DNA of 64,000 nt from Dudresnaya verticillata (GCA_977862235.1 OZ374558.1:62001-126000), one strand, 5' to 3'. Shown: positions 36,740-49,089, counted from the first letter of the stretch. A program made the numbers and translations. Notes: generated from the sequence alone by a model not told the origin.

Positions 36740-37150
36740 AGAAGAGAAGAACTGAGAGATTGGGGACTTTTCAATGCAGGTGGGAGGGGGCGCACGAAGC
36801 CCCAGGAACTAAACCAGCGAACGCGAAGTGGAGGCGGCGTCGATTGATAGCTAAAGAGTGACATCGAAGGGGATGGGTAGCAACTCGGAACGTCTTAGCA
36901 CTAGAAGGGCTGGTGCCTCCGATCTGACTTGCACACACAGCGTGCCATAAATGGTAAGAATAATTGACAATTGTATCTCTCATTCAGATGGCATGGCACC
37001 TCGCTGAAAATGAGCAGGGTGCACTGAGAGCGTAAGTTGCAGTGAAGTTTTTCGCTCAGAGCAGCATGCTGAGCTGCAGCTCGGGAGCTTGATCGATTTC
37101 CCAGCGGAATCCACCGCTGGCTGCGCAACGCAGCCGGACGCAATTGCAGG
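36740..37150 (-). mobile_element. Degenerate 3' end of an RLE-type (CRE-like) non-LTR retrotransposon
   Basis: The translation GGTSPSSAK..RVATHPLRCHSLAINRRRL matches the C-termini of the 56.9-58.7 kb elements (RGTSPSTEK..; FQALAINRRRL). It ends in a CT-rich tail. Confidence 0.6.
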
Positions 37151-38113
37151 TCGAACGCCTCTGCGGCAAAAATATCCTAGTGAATGTCGGACATTTATTG
37201 ACCAAGGGGTTTAGGTTTAGGGAGCTGGAAAGGCGGGGGTACCCTGACGAGTAAATGGCTGGGAGTTCATATGTGTACTACTGGACCGTAAAACATTGTT
37301 ATACGATGAGGAGGGCACACTTTGAATAAAATAGAAAAGGACCAGAAAAGAAGAAGGAAATAACTGAGAAAGTTGTCAGTGGTGGTTGTAGAGGTAGTTT
37401 GAATAGCTTTCGGTGGACAAGCAGGGTATCTCTGGCTTACGCATACGGTTCAACCAAGTTGCTACGAAAGCTACTTGTATCTAGACATCCAATTCTAGAA
37501 GCTAAATTGTGCAGGCACCCTACTGTTTGAAGTAACCAAATGCAAATAAATACTTCATACTATTCAGTGCTGCTCAAGTGCACTCCTCGAAGCAATCCAT
37601 GGTGCCAGATTACCAAGAACAACCGTGCCATGTTTGCATCAAGCACAAAACGGATATCCAACTGCTTCAGCAGCTGGACAACACGTTGTACGGTTGTTGT
37701 ATCTCAGAACTGCTGAAATCGGGCTGTTTAAGAAATAGATCTTCAAGCTCCGAGTCTATAGCACATGAACATGAGAGCTCCGAGATTGCATCATTTTGAT
37801 ATTGCGAGAACTTATTTTTTAGTACAATAGCGCTGCCAAAGCAACCTCGCCTCGCAGACAACATCAACCTAGTACTATCCCACTTATTCCATACACAAAC
37901 ATCTCAGTGAGAACTATATATCTCAACAGAGAGCAAAAAGGTCTAGGAGGTGTTACTGTCATTACGTCAAGTCTTTCCTATTAGTTGACCGATCAAACGT
38001 GTGCTAGGCTAGTTTATTCTGGCACGTCGAGCTGTTCATGCACCGAAGAACAAGGAGAATTTCATGGGAAACTACACTACTGTTCAAGTTGACCTTCTTC
38101 ACAGCTTGCAGGT

Positions 38114-38389
38114 CTACACAATATTCGGGCACACCCTGGAGTACAAACTACTCGACAATCCACAGTACAGATGGATGCAAAGCCCAGCCATGTTCGCGGA
38201 TCCCGTGAGGCAGCAGTAGGAATAGTCCCTTTTACACTCTTTAACCGTCAGCATGCGCACCTTAACCCCTTCCAGTTCGATTCCATCAGCCGCATCTACC
38301 GGCATCTCCTTCTTCTCGGGAGCGGGCAAGGAGATTGCCACGGACGTCATTGCGAGGAAGCTCAGAACGAGAAACATGACATACTTCAT
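38114..38389 (-). CDS. Small secreted cysteine-rich prepropeptide, 91 aa
   Basis: Signal peptide MKYVMFLVLSFLAMTSVAIS and an acidic spacer precede C-x6-CC-x10-C-x4-C-x10-C. TATAAAA lies on the minus strand at 38502-38508. Confidence 0.75.
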   Translation of the reverse strand: MKYVMFLVLSFLAMTSVAISLPAPEKKEMPVDAADGIELEGVKVRMLTVKECKRDYSYCCLTGSANMAGLCIHLYCGLSSSLYSRVCPNIV

Positions 38390-38501
38390 CCTTGGGTCCT
38401 TGGTTGCTGCTCTGGTATTTCGTTTCCGAGGTCTTGGTCAGGCTGATTCGAGAATGATGCTAGATATGTCGGAAACTCTTTGCCTATCCTAAGAGACCTC
38501 C

Positions 38502-38508
38502 TTTTATA
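38502..38508 (-). promoter_or_regulatory. TATA box for the small Cys-rich peptide gene
   Basis: The plus strand reads TTTTATA (TATAAAA on minus), about 113 bp upstream of ATG 38389. Confidence 0.55.
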
Positions 38509-41500
38509 GCTAAAGCCTCAACTTTTGTTCGAAATACATTCCGTACTTCTTTGTGCAGTGACAGACAGAAAAGTTCCCTCGTTGCCAGACAACAATTCCG
38601 TCGAAAAAGTCAGTAGGCGCCGTTTGCAATATTACGATTCTTTCAATTCACGGCAGGCAACACGTGACACTCGCCTCTCTACAGGTTTTGCAGAAGCTCC
38701 GGAATTGCGTGTAATGTTCGTGTCGAGTACGTGTCGAGTAAATGTCGAGTTAGAACCCCCAAAATCTCGAGACAAACCGTTTGAGCGCTTCTCGATGCTT
38801 GTTCACTTGACATTCCAACAAGGACGAGCAGGTAATCAAAATGTATTTATGCCAGGCAAAGTATAATGCGGCAACCTTGACATTCGTCGCCTACGAACCG
38901 TATACCTTCTCCCGCCCATCGTCAGATTAGAGCGTGATGGAAAGAATATAAAGATATGTTTCAAACCGCGCACACCTTGTTGCGGCAAGCGATGGCGGTC
39001 AGATCCACGCCCTGGCGCGGTCAAACAATATTTTCCCGCAAAGATTTCAGGGGCTCTATCTCTCATTTAGAGTGAATTGTATGAGACTGCGTGTGCCATC
39101 AACCACCGCTTTGGTGCCGCAAAGGGGCTTGCCTTCTCGTACTCAAGTATCGTTGAGCTCATTTATGCGACTTGTGCTTTCCTGTTGGTCGCAATGTACT
39201 TTATAATAGCAACGAAACAAGTCTCTAACCATATTCTTCGGCTCAGCAAATGCCCTATGTAATCCATACACGCCACTAGAGCCATTATGTACCATCTCCC
39301 AGTTCTTCTTCACAAAGTCTTGGCGAATAGGTAGAGAACATGCCTTCTCGGGAGTTGAAAAGGCCCCAGGATTCCTGAGTTAGGAATATGGGTTAAAATG
39401 AATTTAAGAGAAATCTTCAAGAAACGCAAAAACGGCACATTCTGCTGTGACACATGGCGATATCTAGAGGATGACTCCACTTTTGCTATCAAACGCTGTG
39501 GGCTTGCCCTCTTCCTTTTCCCTTTAGCATTAAGGGCAAACTACCGTCCCCTTTTTGCTTCTGTGTCTATGAAGGCCTCCTCTCTGATAAATTACACAGG
39601 TTCGTAAAACAGTGCATTGAACGTGTAGTCTAGCTTCACTTCAATATTGTAGACAAACGGAAATTTTCCTTCCTCAAAGACAGCTTCCATAGCAGAAGCG
39701 AAGAGATCGTGCGGCATGAGATAGGCAAAGAGGAGGTTTGATAGCTTGTACCAGGGCATCGTATGTGGTGTCAATCGTGTATTGCAATTACGCATCCCAG
39801 ACCAAAATAACCAACCAACACTAGAACCCACTATGTTGCACCCATTGCCTACGGCTTTTATGCCCATGGACCCGAGATGCAGACGCGCACGCATTTAAAC
39901 TACAAAGAATAAAACTTATCAAATCACATTGGATTCACAACTATTGTACGACAGCGACCTGCACAGAAGTTGGATATATTTGGTGTATTAGCGAGCCTGT
40001 CTCAACATGACCATGCTTTGATGCGAAACAACCTTCAATCAAGGCGCTTTCAAGTCCTACTCATCTCAGATCTTCGGGAGCACAGCGAACGTTGTTAATT
40101 CTTGTTTTGCCGTACACACAGAGGTGAAATAGCTGAACTTGGACACCGTGAATTGCTACCAACAACGTATTGTTAAGTTTCAAGAATGGCTTTCTAGACT
40201 CAGAATCGGTTGCAACATAACCATGCAAGAGCCATGGAGCGTGACCTGTACAAAGTCTTTGTGTTTTCTATTCTTATTCTACGAATGCTAACGAGAGATG
40301 GTGAGATACAAAAGGCTTCTGACATAGCCTCTGTACGCAAATGTGAGGAACAGTATTCAAAAAAGCACGGAATGTGGGTTGAACATTGAACGCATTGTGC
40401 ATTAAGTTCTGCTGCCGGCAAAAAGATATGTTCATTACTCTCTCACACTTGCCTCTTGTCATGCTGCAATTTTGCTGGCAGTTTTTCCGTTCAACGCAAG
40501 CGACGTTATACAGACGCCAGACAACCTAATGACCAGCAGAAAATGTCATAGCAGGAGAACTAGAGAGAATTGCACTCTACTTGCCCACTTGTTCTGTACA
40601 TCATGCATTAGATGCAGTATGAACTGAAGTTTCCATATGTACAGAAGTAGGTCAGCCTACACGAGCGGGATAAATCAGCCATGAATCATTGCCCGTGATA
40701 GCATAAGACATGTCCGCCGAACAGACATACCTTATGTCTTTGTGACTCCAAAATCCAGTCGGCTGGCCGGCGAGTGCCGGAAGCTGTTCAACGAAATTGC
40801 CGGGTATTCGGCGCTGACATGTCTCGCAATGGCGAACAAAATGGGATGCGGGGATTGTGTTGATTGTGTCAACACCCGTTCGCTGCGGCGCTGCAACTTG
40901 TTAATTTTTCCTCTCAAGATTATCAGAACCAGGAGTCAAACGATTGCGGAGAGTTCAGCAACCAGAAAACAACAGCACCCAACTTTTCCAGACTGTTTTC
41001 AGTGGATCCCAGAGGTACCATCTTCGAATACAGATCCGCCTTTCGGGGATGGAATAAGATCAGGATGTGAAGGGTCTGACTCTCCTCGCAGGTCAGCAGT
41101 TGCGAAGAATCGCTATGGAACAGTGCGGCTGGACCAAATAGTAATAGCATTCAACTTCAACTATGCGCCCGTTCGGTATCTTCTTCCACGATATGACTAG
41201 AGATGCACGAGCATTTGTATTCTTCGTCAACGACATTGGTGCAAGAACGAAATTTGGATCTGGTGGTCACCCTGCCTCTGAAAATTGTGCTTCGCGTGGT
41301 GACGCGCACAGTTCGAGTATGGGTGACCCGACTAGAATCAGAAGACAAATATGTGAGCTTACGAGTTCCCCAGCTCCACTTAGCGGGGAAACTTTCGACT
41401 TAAGCAGTAATTCTGAAAGTTCGAATGGATTTATGGTTAAAGAGTAATCCGCGATCACAGGTCATTCCAATTATTGTATATCAATATCCATAGAGAGCAG

Positions 41501-41957
41501 CAAAGAAAAAGGCTTACTTGAATATATGGAAGCAGCGGTGAAGAACTGGACTGGGGGAAAGACGAATGGGCTTCTACTGTTATTACGTGCAATCGTCTTG
41601 GTGATCGTAACAGGATTGCCGCAGCTTACGAAAACAGCTCGAGGTCACCAACGGACGAGATAGAACAGTAGAAAACGATGGGCCTGAAGCAGTTACAAGA
41701 TTACAACCTCAGATGGCGTTCAGAGTTGTTCAGTCGTGACAAAGCATTCGCACGGAGCTCCCGCCACAAAGCACATTTACCCGTTCATCATCGAAAATGG
41801 ACACCGACTTCCATACCAGGCACGACGCCATAGTTCCTCTCCAGCTTCAAGAGAAGCCTGGTTCTGAACCCTCGTTGGTAAAGACATTACGACTTTGACC
41901 CCCGCTGGCAATGTGAACGTCTGGTACAAGAGGATATAAATGCGATCGAGAGAACGC

Positions 41958-42348
41958 TAAATAAATAAATAAATAATGGCAAACCAAAAAACAAGCCTAA
42001 GAATTAAGGCGACCACGTCCATCGAGTTTGTGGGTTGGACACTGACTTATTAAATCGCCATGGCCATGCGTCGAATTGGAAGCCCAAAAGGGGCCTTTAC
42101 AAATTGTGTCAAGTATTTGTGCCCTTTGGTCTTTTTGGGTGCATGCGTGCACGGGATGCAATGCATCGCTTCGGGAAGCAGGAAGGGTGTCAGATTCCGT
42201 TTTTAAATGTGTAAAGCAATTGGAACAAAAGCTGAAAGAGCAGTTCAAAATACCACGAGATGGAGCCCTTTATGCATAGGAAAGACTACAGCCCCCGTAA
42301 GGGCGCCTAACTAAAAATCATCTGAATGAATAAATAAATAAATAAATA
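41958..42348 (+). mobile_element. Possible 5'-truncated retroposed fragment flanked by (TAAA)n tracts
   Basis: (TAAA)n runs at 41958-41976 and 42331-42348 bracket about 350 bp that ends in a GCCCCCGTAAGGGC hairpin. Confidence 0.3.
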
Positions 42349-42435
42349 CCAAAAGACCTCTCCTAACTAAACAGTATCTCCTTGCACTGCAACCCAAGTC
42401 GCCGCTCTGGCCGACGGTAGACTATTAGCAACAAT

Positions 42436-42540
42436 CTTAATTCTTCGGACAACGTCAACCTATGACCGTTTGAGCCGATGAATGAAGGAGGACGCAATAA
42501 ATTGTGACCCAACGGTTTGGAGAGGATAGACCGGGAAATG
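42436..42540 (+). repeat. Dispersed repeat, copy 1 (copy 2 at 47702-47840)
   Basis: The blocks AATTCTTCGGACAAC.TCAACC and TTGAGC.GATGAATGAAGGAGGACG are shared by both copies. Confidence 0.75.
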
Positions 42541-43299
42541 GCCACGTTAAATTAATGACCAGCCTTTGTCGAAAACTTGTGATCCTAGAGGACATTCGCA
42601 TTCTTTCGCAGGATGGGAAACAGCAGAGCTAATGTTGAGCCTGAACACCTTCATTATTCTTTTTCGGAATGTTTGTGCAACCAGCGTGCAGGTGTTAAAT
42701 GTGGGCTACACGACAAGAATCAGAAGACAATTAAGTGACCTTAGGATTTCTCCAGGTCCGCTAATCTCGAATACTTTCAACTTGAACAATAACTACAAGC
42801 ACCAGCGAGGCGTCACCCAAAGAATTCTCTCGGACTGAGGGCTACAATATTTTTTGAGGCGTTCTGTGACGCTTAACCGCTTTTGCCTTCGAAGCAGTAG
42901 ATCGCGAACGCGAAAAGGAAAAGTAAAAGTTTGGTAGAGAGAAAGTTGGGGTTGGCAAAGTGGAGGGCAAAGTCACGGCGTGGATGAGGAGTGGTGTCAT
43001 GTCCCTCGTCGTCGTCGTTCGACGCCAGCGTGCTGCCTTTATTATTTCTACAGCCGGACGGCTCAAAGCGACCCACAGTATTTGTGGCCCGCATGCTCGC
43101 GGGATCCGCTCCAAGTCAGATAGACCTGAACAGGTGGATGTGTTCACACCCGCCGTCCCACAGTGGGTCGGGGACGGGCGGAAAGTCGTTCAGGTCTGAA
43201 CCCTGTTGTCAGGGGACCCTGAGCGTTAGCCAATAAGATGTAGAGGCTTGTCCAAAGGGACGCAAATGCGCATTGTCAGACCGGCAGTTCTGCCTTGTG

Positions 43300-43606
43300 C
43301 AGGTTCACCAGGTCTGTGCGCGATAGCCATGATCGGCCGTGGGGTCTGCCATTGTTCAGCAGTGCGTTCCCCAGCAGGCTCCCATTCTAGGGAATTCACC
43401 TGCAGCGTCGCGTGTGCGCGTTGGGATCCCATTGTAGGGAGTACTCCCAAACAGTGCGAGCGCTATGTGTAACAGTTCGTCAAAGAAAATGGCGACGGAC
43501 TAACGTACCAGGCGCGAAACCGGAATGGGCTTGAATATTTAATAGTCTAAGCCCCCTTATGGGCCTTCTCTCTTACTCTTCAATACATCTCTCTCTCTCT
43601 CTCTCT
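43300..43606 (+). mobile_element. 3' terminus of a CRE-like retrotransposon remnant with a (CT)n tail
   Basis: CTAAGCCCCCTTATGGGCCTTCTCTCTTACTCTTCAATACA(TC)n at 43547-43606 aligns with the 3' end of the nested element (reverse complement of 57787-57835). The 5' boundary is uncertain. Confidence 0.55.
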
Positions 43607-43789
43607 ATCTGAATATTAATCTGGAATCTAAGCTGTGGACGTTGGATGCCAAAGAAGAACGTGGTGTTGCGTCTTATTTTTTTCTTTTAGCTTTTCCTAC
43701 TAGAGGAACAGGGGTGTATATGCAAGCTCACCTGCGGCAAGGAGCAGGAAAAGTTGTCAGTTTAGAGTTGGCAATTTTCTCGCCTGGAA

Positions 43790-43899
43790 GACAATAGCCA
43801 ATGTTGGTGTGGGAGACATGTCTCCCACACCAACATTGGCTATTGTCGCTCAAAAAGCAGTCACACTGATGCATCAGTGTGACTGCTTTTTGAGCGACA
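43790..43899. repeat. Two abutting perfect palindromes (58 bp and 56 bp) overlapping by 4 bp
   Basis: 43790-43847 has 29-bp arms centred on ACA|TGT; 43844-43899 has 28-bp arms centred on GATG|CATC. Neither has a spacer or a mismatch. Confidence 0.95.
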
Positions 43900-45100
43900 T
43901 GCATTCTAGCACTTGGGAGAGGTTGCCTTTATTAAGGAATATCAGAAAGCTCCATAAGGGAGCTCAAGGGGCACTGGAGCGGCGCAGTTCTCAACTCGTC
44001 CATTCTGGACATAATGTGGAGTGACGCAGGGCGGGTGAGAGACGTTGAGCGCTGCATCGTTTTTGAAAAGGCGTTATTGGGCTTTTATGGCTATTTTGTT
44101 CCTTTTCTGTATCTTTGCGAGCAAAAAGCTACTGCTTTCGAGTTTGTCGAGATGGCATTCACATAGATGTAGCTCTCATGGCAGCCGTTGGGCATTATAA
44201 AAGCGACTCGTTCCTATCTACGCGATATACAAGACATTCTATTTGTGAATGCCATACAAGAATGCTACGATTGCTCAGTACCATGCAGCAGCTGCTAGGG
44301 CTGACAATGAAACCGGGAGGCTGTACATTACAGAAAGATAGAAGCAGCAAAGCAGCAAATATTTGTGGTGTGAGGAAGGAGAGCAACGTATTACGCGATG
44401 ATGCCTCGCGACAATCACGGAGTGCTGCATAAGGCGAAGCCTTCCCTGGTACCGTCTGCGCGGCTACCGGGTTGCAGAGTGCGATGTGGAAATAGAACGA
44501 GGGCGATGGTGGCGGAGCAAGCCCGAGCGCAGGGGCGAAAGTTAGTATAGCAAGCGCCCGAGTGAATACCCCTCAAGGTTTATTACCTACAACTATGCGC
44601 TAGCGGGAAGCTGGCTCAGAGAACCCAGTCGGACACAGGCGGCAGCAAGGAGGTTGCGGCGCGAGAAAGGGGCGCTCCGGAACGGCGACTTCTGTGTCCG
44701 CATAGCGGAAAGAGCTCGCGAAAAATGCGCGTGCACTGCACTGGGTGCAAACCTTCTGTCTTCTCCGGGTAAACTTTTCTCTTCTCACTTCGCAACCGGC
44801 TTCAGTCGTGTTGGCGAAAGGTTGTCAGAAAGAGAGAGTCTTTTCTGTCGACACGGCCCAAAAGCCGCGAAAATGCCGTGTGCCATGCATACCATTAGCG
44901 TGGTGAAGGACCAACATCTGACCCTTCACCGGCCCGCCGTCCACGAAGACGGATTCCGTCTACGCCGGAAACAAGCACAACGGCATTCCTGCACGTTTAG
45001 GAACGTGCCGGCATCCAGCCTCCAAGCCAACCTCGAAAAAAGTTTGAGGTTGTGTTGATGGCGTTTCACTTCTGGAAAAGGGAAGATATATCTGACAACA

Positions 45101-45209
45101 AGAGCAGCGAGCTCAGCCGAGCGCCGCGCGCAATGTCAGCACGAAGGAGATTACCGAGAGCAACGAGCTCAGCCGAGCAACCTGCGCAATGTCCGCGCAA
45201 AGGAGATTA
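45101..45209 (+). repeat. Imperfect 56-bp tandem duplication
   Basis: AGAGCA.CGAGCTCAGCCGAGC....GCGCAATGTC.GC.C.AAGGAGATTA starts at 45101 and again at 45157. Confidence 0.85.
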
Positions 45210-45501
45210 GGATAAGGGTGGCGGATTGATGACAAAGGCGAGGCGGAGTTCTGCCTCCCGCTGACAATCACTGGTGCTTCTCATTGCTGGGTATTGTCAG
45301 TAGTTCAATCTTCTCCCTCTCGGGATATTGGTGGCAATGACATCACTACTCCAACGTCTTCTCTCTCACTGCACTACTGCATTCCTCTCCGTAACGCTAA
45401 ACCTTGAACGAAGTACTGCACTTATCGGAAAAGCCGCCGGAAGCCGATCTGCCCCTCGAGGGGCTTCCCGCTGTACACGTACAGGTACGTAACCGAATAC
45501 C

Positions 45502-46542
45502 ATGCAGCGAAAGGAAGACCTCGAAGAATGGCCCTTCTCGGGATACCGCTACCTGTATGAAGCTCTCGAAGATGTCCTTGGAAGGGAAGAAATGATTCAA
45601 AAGGAACTATCTTTCCCGGTCGAGTCCTTCTACTGCAAATACTGCAGCAGGGAGCACCCCGATGGGCATTCCTTCAGCTCTCGTTCCACGCGGCTCATCG
45701 AATCTCGACCGTTTCTACAACTCATGTTCAGGATAGCTGCAGACAACGATTTACAACTTTCTACAAGAGATCTGCACTACATGGCAATGCTAAAAGGAGC
45801 TAGAGACTTCGACATCACAAGCCCCTATCGTAGCTTCAAGTCATCAGGAATCTGTGTGGAAATCCCGAAGGGCGCTACCATGCCACAACCATCTCAAGAG
45901 ACGATTACCTTTCGCTACGGACCAAAAGATCGTGCCGTTCAACTCAACCCGAAGCTCCTCACGGCCCTTGGATTTTCAATTCTATGCTGGATCCTCATTC
46001 CGTGCAAGGCGAATGAAAAGCCTTTGGTCAACATAGCACGGGTAGTCCAGTTTGGAAACTGCTTCGTGGAAAGTCTTGCTGGTGATAAGCCTTCTAAACA
46101 GAGAATGCCTTCCTTGCTTAATTCCGTTGTAGACCTCTTTTCTTCTTCCTTGCTTGCATCGCAGGTTTACAAGAAAATGGTTGGATCGCAGGTTCCCAAG
46201 AAAATGGTTGTCCCAACGGGATGGCTCTACTTTCTTGGTCTTCCCAATAGCTTCGTCAAGGAACATGGCGAGTTTGGCGATTTTTCCGCCTATGTGGGAA
46301 ACATAACCAGACAGGGACAAGCGGAGCAGTGTTCTCCAACCATGTCATCACGATATGTTCGCCTGGCGAGAAAGGCGAAGGAATCGATTACGAAAAAGCA
46401 GCCAGAACATGTTTTACTGCTTGAAAAAGTTGAAGTGACTAGTCACTTCAACTTGTTCAAGGAAGCTTCTGGAAAAGAATACCGCCTTGTGCACAAACTC
46501 GTTCCAAGAAGCAAGACACGCCTCACGGGCCTCAATGGATAA
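45502..46542 (+). CDS. Hypothetical protein, 346 aa, possibly part of a longer disrupted gene
   Basis: It is a long ORF of ordinary protein composition with a CKYCxxxH motif. Protein-like sequence continues in frame after the TAA. Confidence 0.5.
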   Translation: MQRKEDLEEWPFSGYRYLYEALEDVLGREEMIQKELSFPVESFYCKYCSREHPDGHSFSSRSTRLIESRPFLQLMFRIAADNDLQLSTRDLHYMAMLKGARDFDITSPYRSFKSSGICVEIPKGATMPQPSQETITFRYGPKDRAVQLNPKLLTALGFSILCWILIPCKANEKPLVNIARVVQFGNCFVESLAGDKPSKQRMPSLLNSVVDLFSSSLLASQVYKKMVGSQVPKKMVVPTGWLYFLGLPNSFVKEHGEFGDFSAYVGNITRQGQAEQCSPTMSSRYVRLARKAKESITKKQPEHVLLLEKVEVTSHFNLFKEASGKEYRLVHKLVPRSKTRLTGLNG

Positions 46543-47701
46543 GCACTGTCCTTCATCTTTGGAGCAACGGTGCAGAGAGATGAAGCAAGTTCAGATGTCG
46601 GCGACGGATGCTATTCGCAAGAGTTTTCCTCCCTTTCAGAGTTTGTCAGCAATCCGTTGGCTAACTCTCCATTTCAAACCCTCAACAATCGAATTCAGGA
46701 GTTTAAGAATCTACTGGATCGACGCGGGTGTTTCCCGGCTGGTATCAACCGGGGCTTTCTATTCGCTACAATGGGAGATACGCAACAGATGCACATCAAG
46801 AAGGTGTTTGATGAGGATGACTGCCGGATATGCCGATTCCCCGTGCAGCGGACGCACGAGATAGAGCATAGTAAGGATAACGGCTCTGTGGATCGGGCAA
46901 AACTTTAGTTCTTGGAGGATAAGAGTAACAATGACGCATACGAGGCACACTGTTATCCTCATGGCAACGATATGTGGGAAATACGAGGCTGGGAGAAAGC
47001 GATTTGGCCTAACACGAGAATACTTCTCAGTCGGGATATCGGCTAGGACCTAGCTGTTGTCGAATGGTGGCGGGCAGGCACCATTCTCGCCCTATACACA
47101 GGGAGAACGTCCTACAGTATTGAATAAACACTTCCAACATGCTTTTGATTGTACCTAGAGAGAGCGTGAGCAGACTTCAACCGCCTTTACAATTATAGTC
47201 GTGTACCATAGTTTTGTGTGCCAAGTTGCTGACTCACGCTGAGCCGCCGGAGCGTCTCTCTATATCCTGGCAGAGCGTTCTATATTTCCATAGCAGGTGC
47301 ATCACAGGTGCGATGGCAATACAGAACGCTCCGCCGGCACATGCACCTCGCCTCGTATTGGTGCTATAGGTTTTGATCGCAATGACATGTTGGAATACAA
47401 CCGCTTTGTCGACGATAGTAATTGACGCTTATGTGCAACCTTTCGAATCTTCTTTTTCAAAAGGGCACGGAGTTGAACCGTACCATAAAGGCCCCCATCT
47501 CTCTACAGAGTTGAAATCCGGACCTTCTCGCCCCATTGAGCGCGACACCAGGCTTGCCCAAGGCCAACGCCGGGTCTGACAAATGTTCAATCCCCAAATG
47601 CAGTGTTACACGTTACTCAACCTGATTTTGGAGATAACAGTCCCCAACTGCTATCTCCCTCGGCCAACCTCTCGCTAGTAGTATTGCGGCGTTCTATATT
47701 C

Positions 47702-47840
47702 TCAATTCTTCGGACAACTTCAACCCATGATCTATGACCACAGGTTGACGCTGTCCGAAGACTTGACCCCTTGAGCTGATGAATGAAGGAGGACGGCATC
47801 AATCGGGGCCCTATGGTTCGGAGTTGGTAGGTCAGGAAAT
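47702..47840 (+). repeat. Dispersed repeat, copy 2, containing an 18-bp-arm hairpin
   Basis: It is homologous to 42436-42540. The inverted repeat is CTTCGGACAACTTCAACC (47708-47725) / GGTTGACGCTGTCCGAAG (47743-47760). Confidence 0.75.
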
Positions 47841-48846
47841 ATTATCTGGCTGGCTGCCAGAACTATGGTCGCACTGCTACATTCTATTGTCTCCTTTGTG
47901 TACAGCCGTAAAGCAAAGGCCTTTAACAGCTGAGTACTACTTTTGAAGCACAGTTTAGTTAAGCCCTTAGCTGTCTTTGAATTGAGAGATCAGTAAAGGG
48001 AGCGACAGGGGAGCAGATGAGATTCCGCTGTGAAACAGTAGCTAGGTAGAACGGGCTACTCCGTTTCCCACTCTACACCGCTACTGTTTCACGCAGCGAC
48101 TTAAATACGCTAGTGCCCGGGACGAAGCAAAACCGCCTCGAGCACTTCAAGCCGTTCGCTTCGTGTCCAGACTTGCGGCTCCGCAACAGCGATCGAACGG
48201 TATGGTATTTACTGGACCTGTCGGTCTAAAGGCGTCTGATGTGCAGCTGCAGGCAGGGCCATATTGCGAGTGGATGGGGCAGTTGGATTTGCCGCGACTG
48301 TTCCTGCAATAATATGGGAGGAGATACGAGTAGAGCGGTGCTCTCCGTGATCGCGCAGAAATACTGAGAAGGGGAGTGGTGTCACGAAGGGTCTGCGCTG
48401 CATCTGCGTGCCGTCGCGGAGAACACGTTCGTATTTGCGATTTTTGCACGCGGCGGGAGGCGTTTTGACGCTTGCGGGAGAGGAATGTATCATTGAATTG
48501 CAGGTCGATGCGAGAGTACGTCAAACAAGCCGTGTCGATGGAACGCCTTCTCTGCATTTCGGCACGCGGCTCAACGTCGCCAGCTCAGGGCTGTGCACCC
48601 GATTTACGCTTGGCAGGAAGGGCAACCAGCCGCGTAAGGCTTGCGTTGAGCACTTGCAAAGCAGCAGGCAAGAGGCATCAACAAGTGCACCCGCAACTGA
48701 AAGAAGGGCAAAGTAAAGGGATCGTCGCAATATAGACCGGCGCGGGAACATGCCACGGATGCGCGCAAGTGGGCGGATCAGAGTGACGAAAGCTTGTTTA
48801 CCACGCAACCCTACTATACACAAAAGACAGCGAAACGAGCGAGCGG

Positions 48847-49044
48847 TCAAGCGCGTCCCCTTCCCCTAGCGCGCCCCCGGCCGCGCCCTCTGCCGCGCCC
48901 CCGGCCACGCCCCCGGCCGCGCCCGCGGCCAGGGGTGCCCGTCTTGGACGTGGCGGCGGGAGTGGACGGTGATGACCTGGGCTTCTCGACGCGGCCTGCC
49001 GACACGCTAGTCGGGCTTTCCTCGCGGGCTTGCCGGGTGGCGGC

Positions 49045-49089
<45 letters not shown>

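Noticed and set aside
37206..37222. Telomere-like GGGTTTAGGTTTAGGG (similar motif at about 12848-12862)
   Set aside because: Two imperfect units are too few to call an interstitial telomere.
47775..47840. Hammerhead ribozyme (CTGATGA...GAAA)
   Set aside because: No convincing stems II and III could be paired, and the second repeat copy has CCGATGA.
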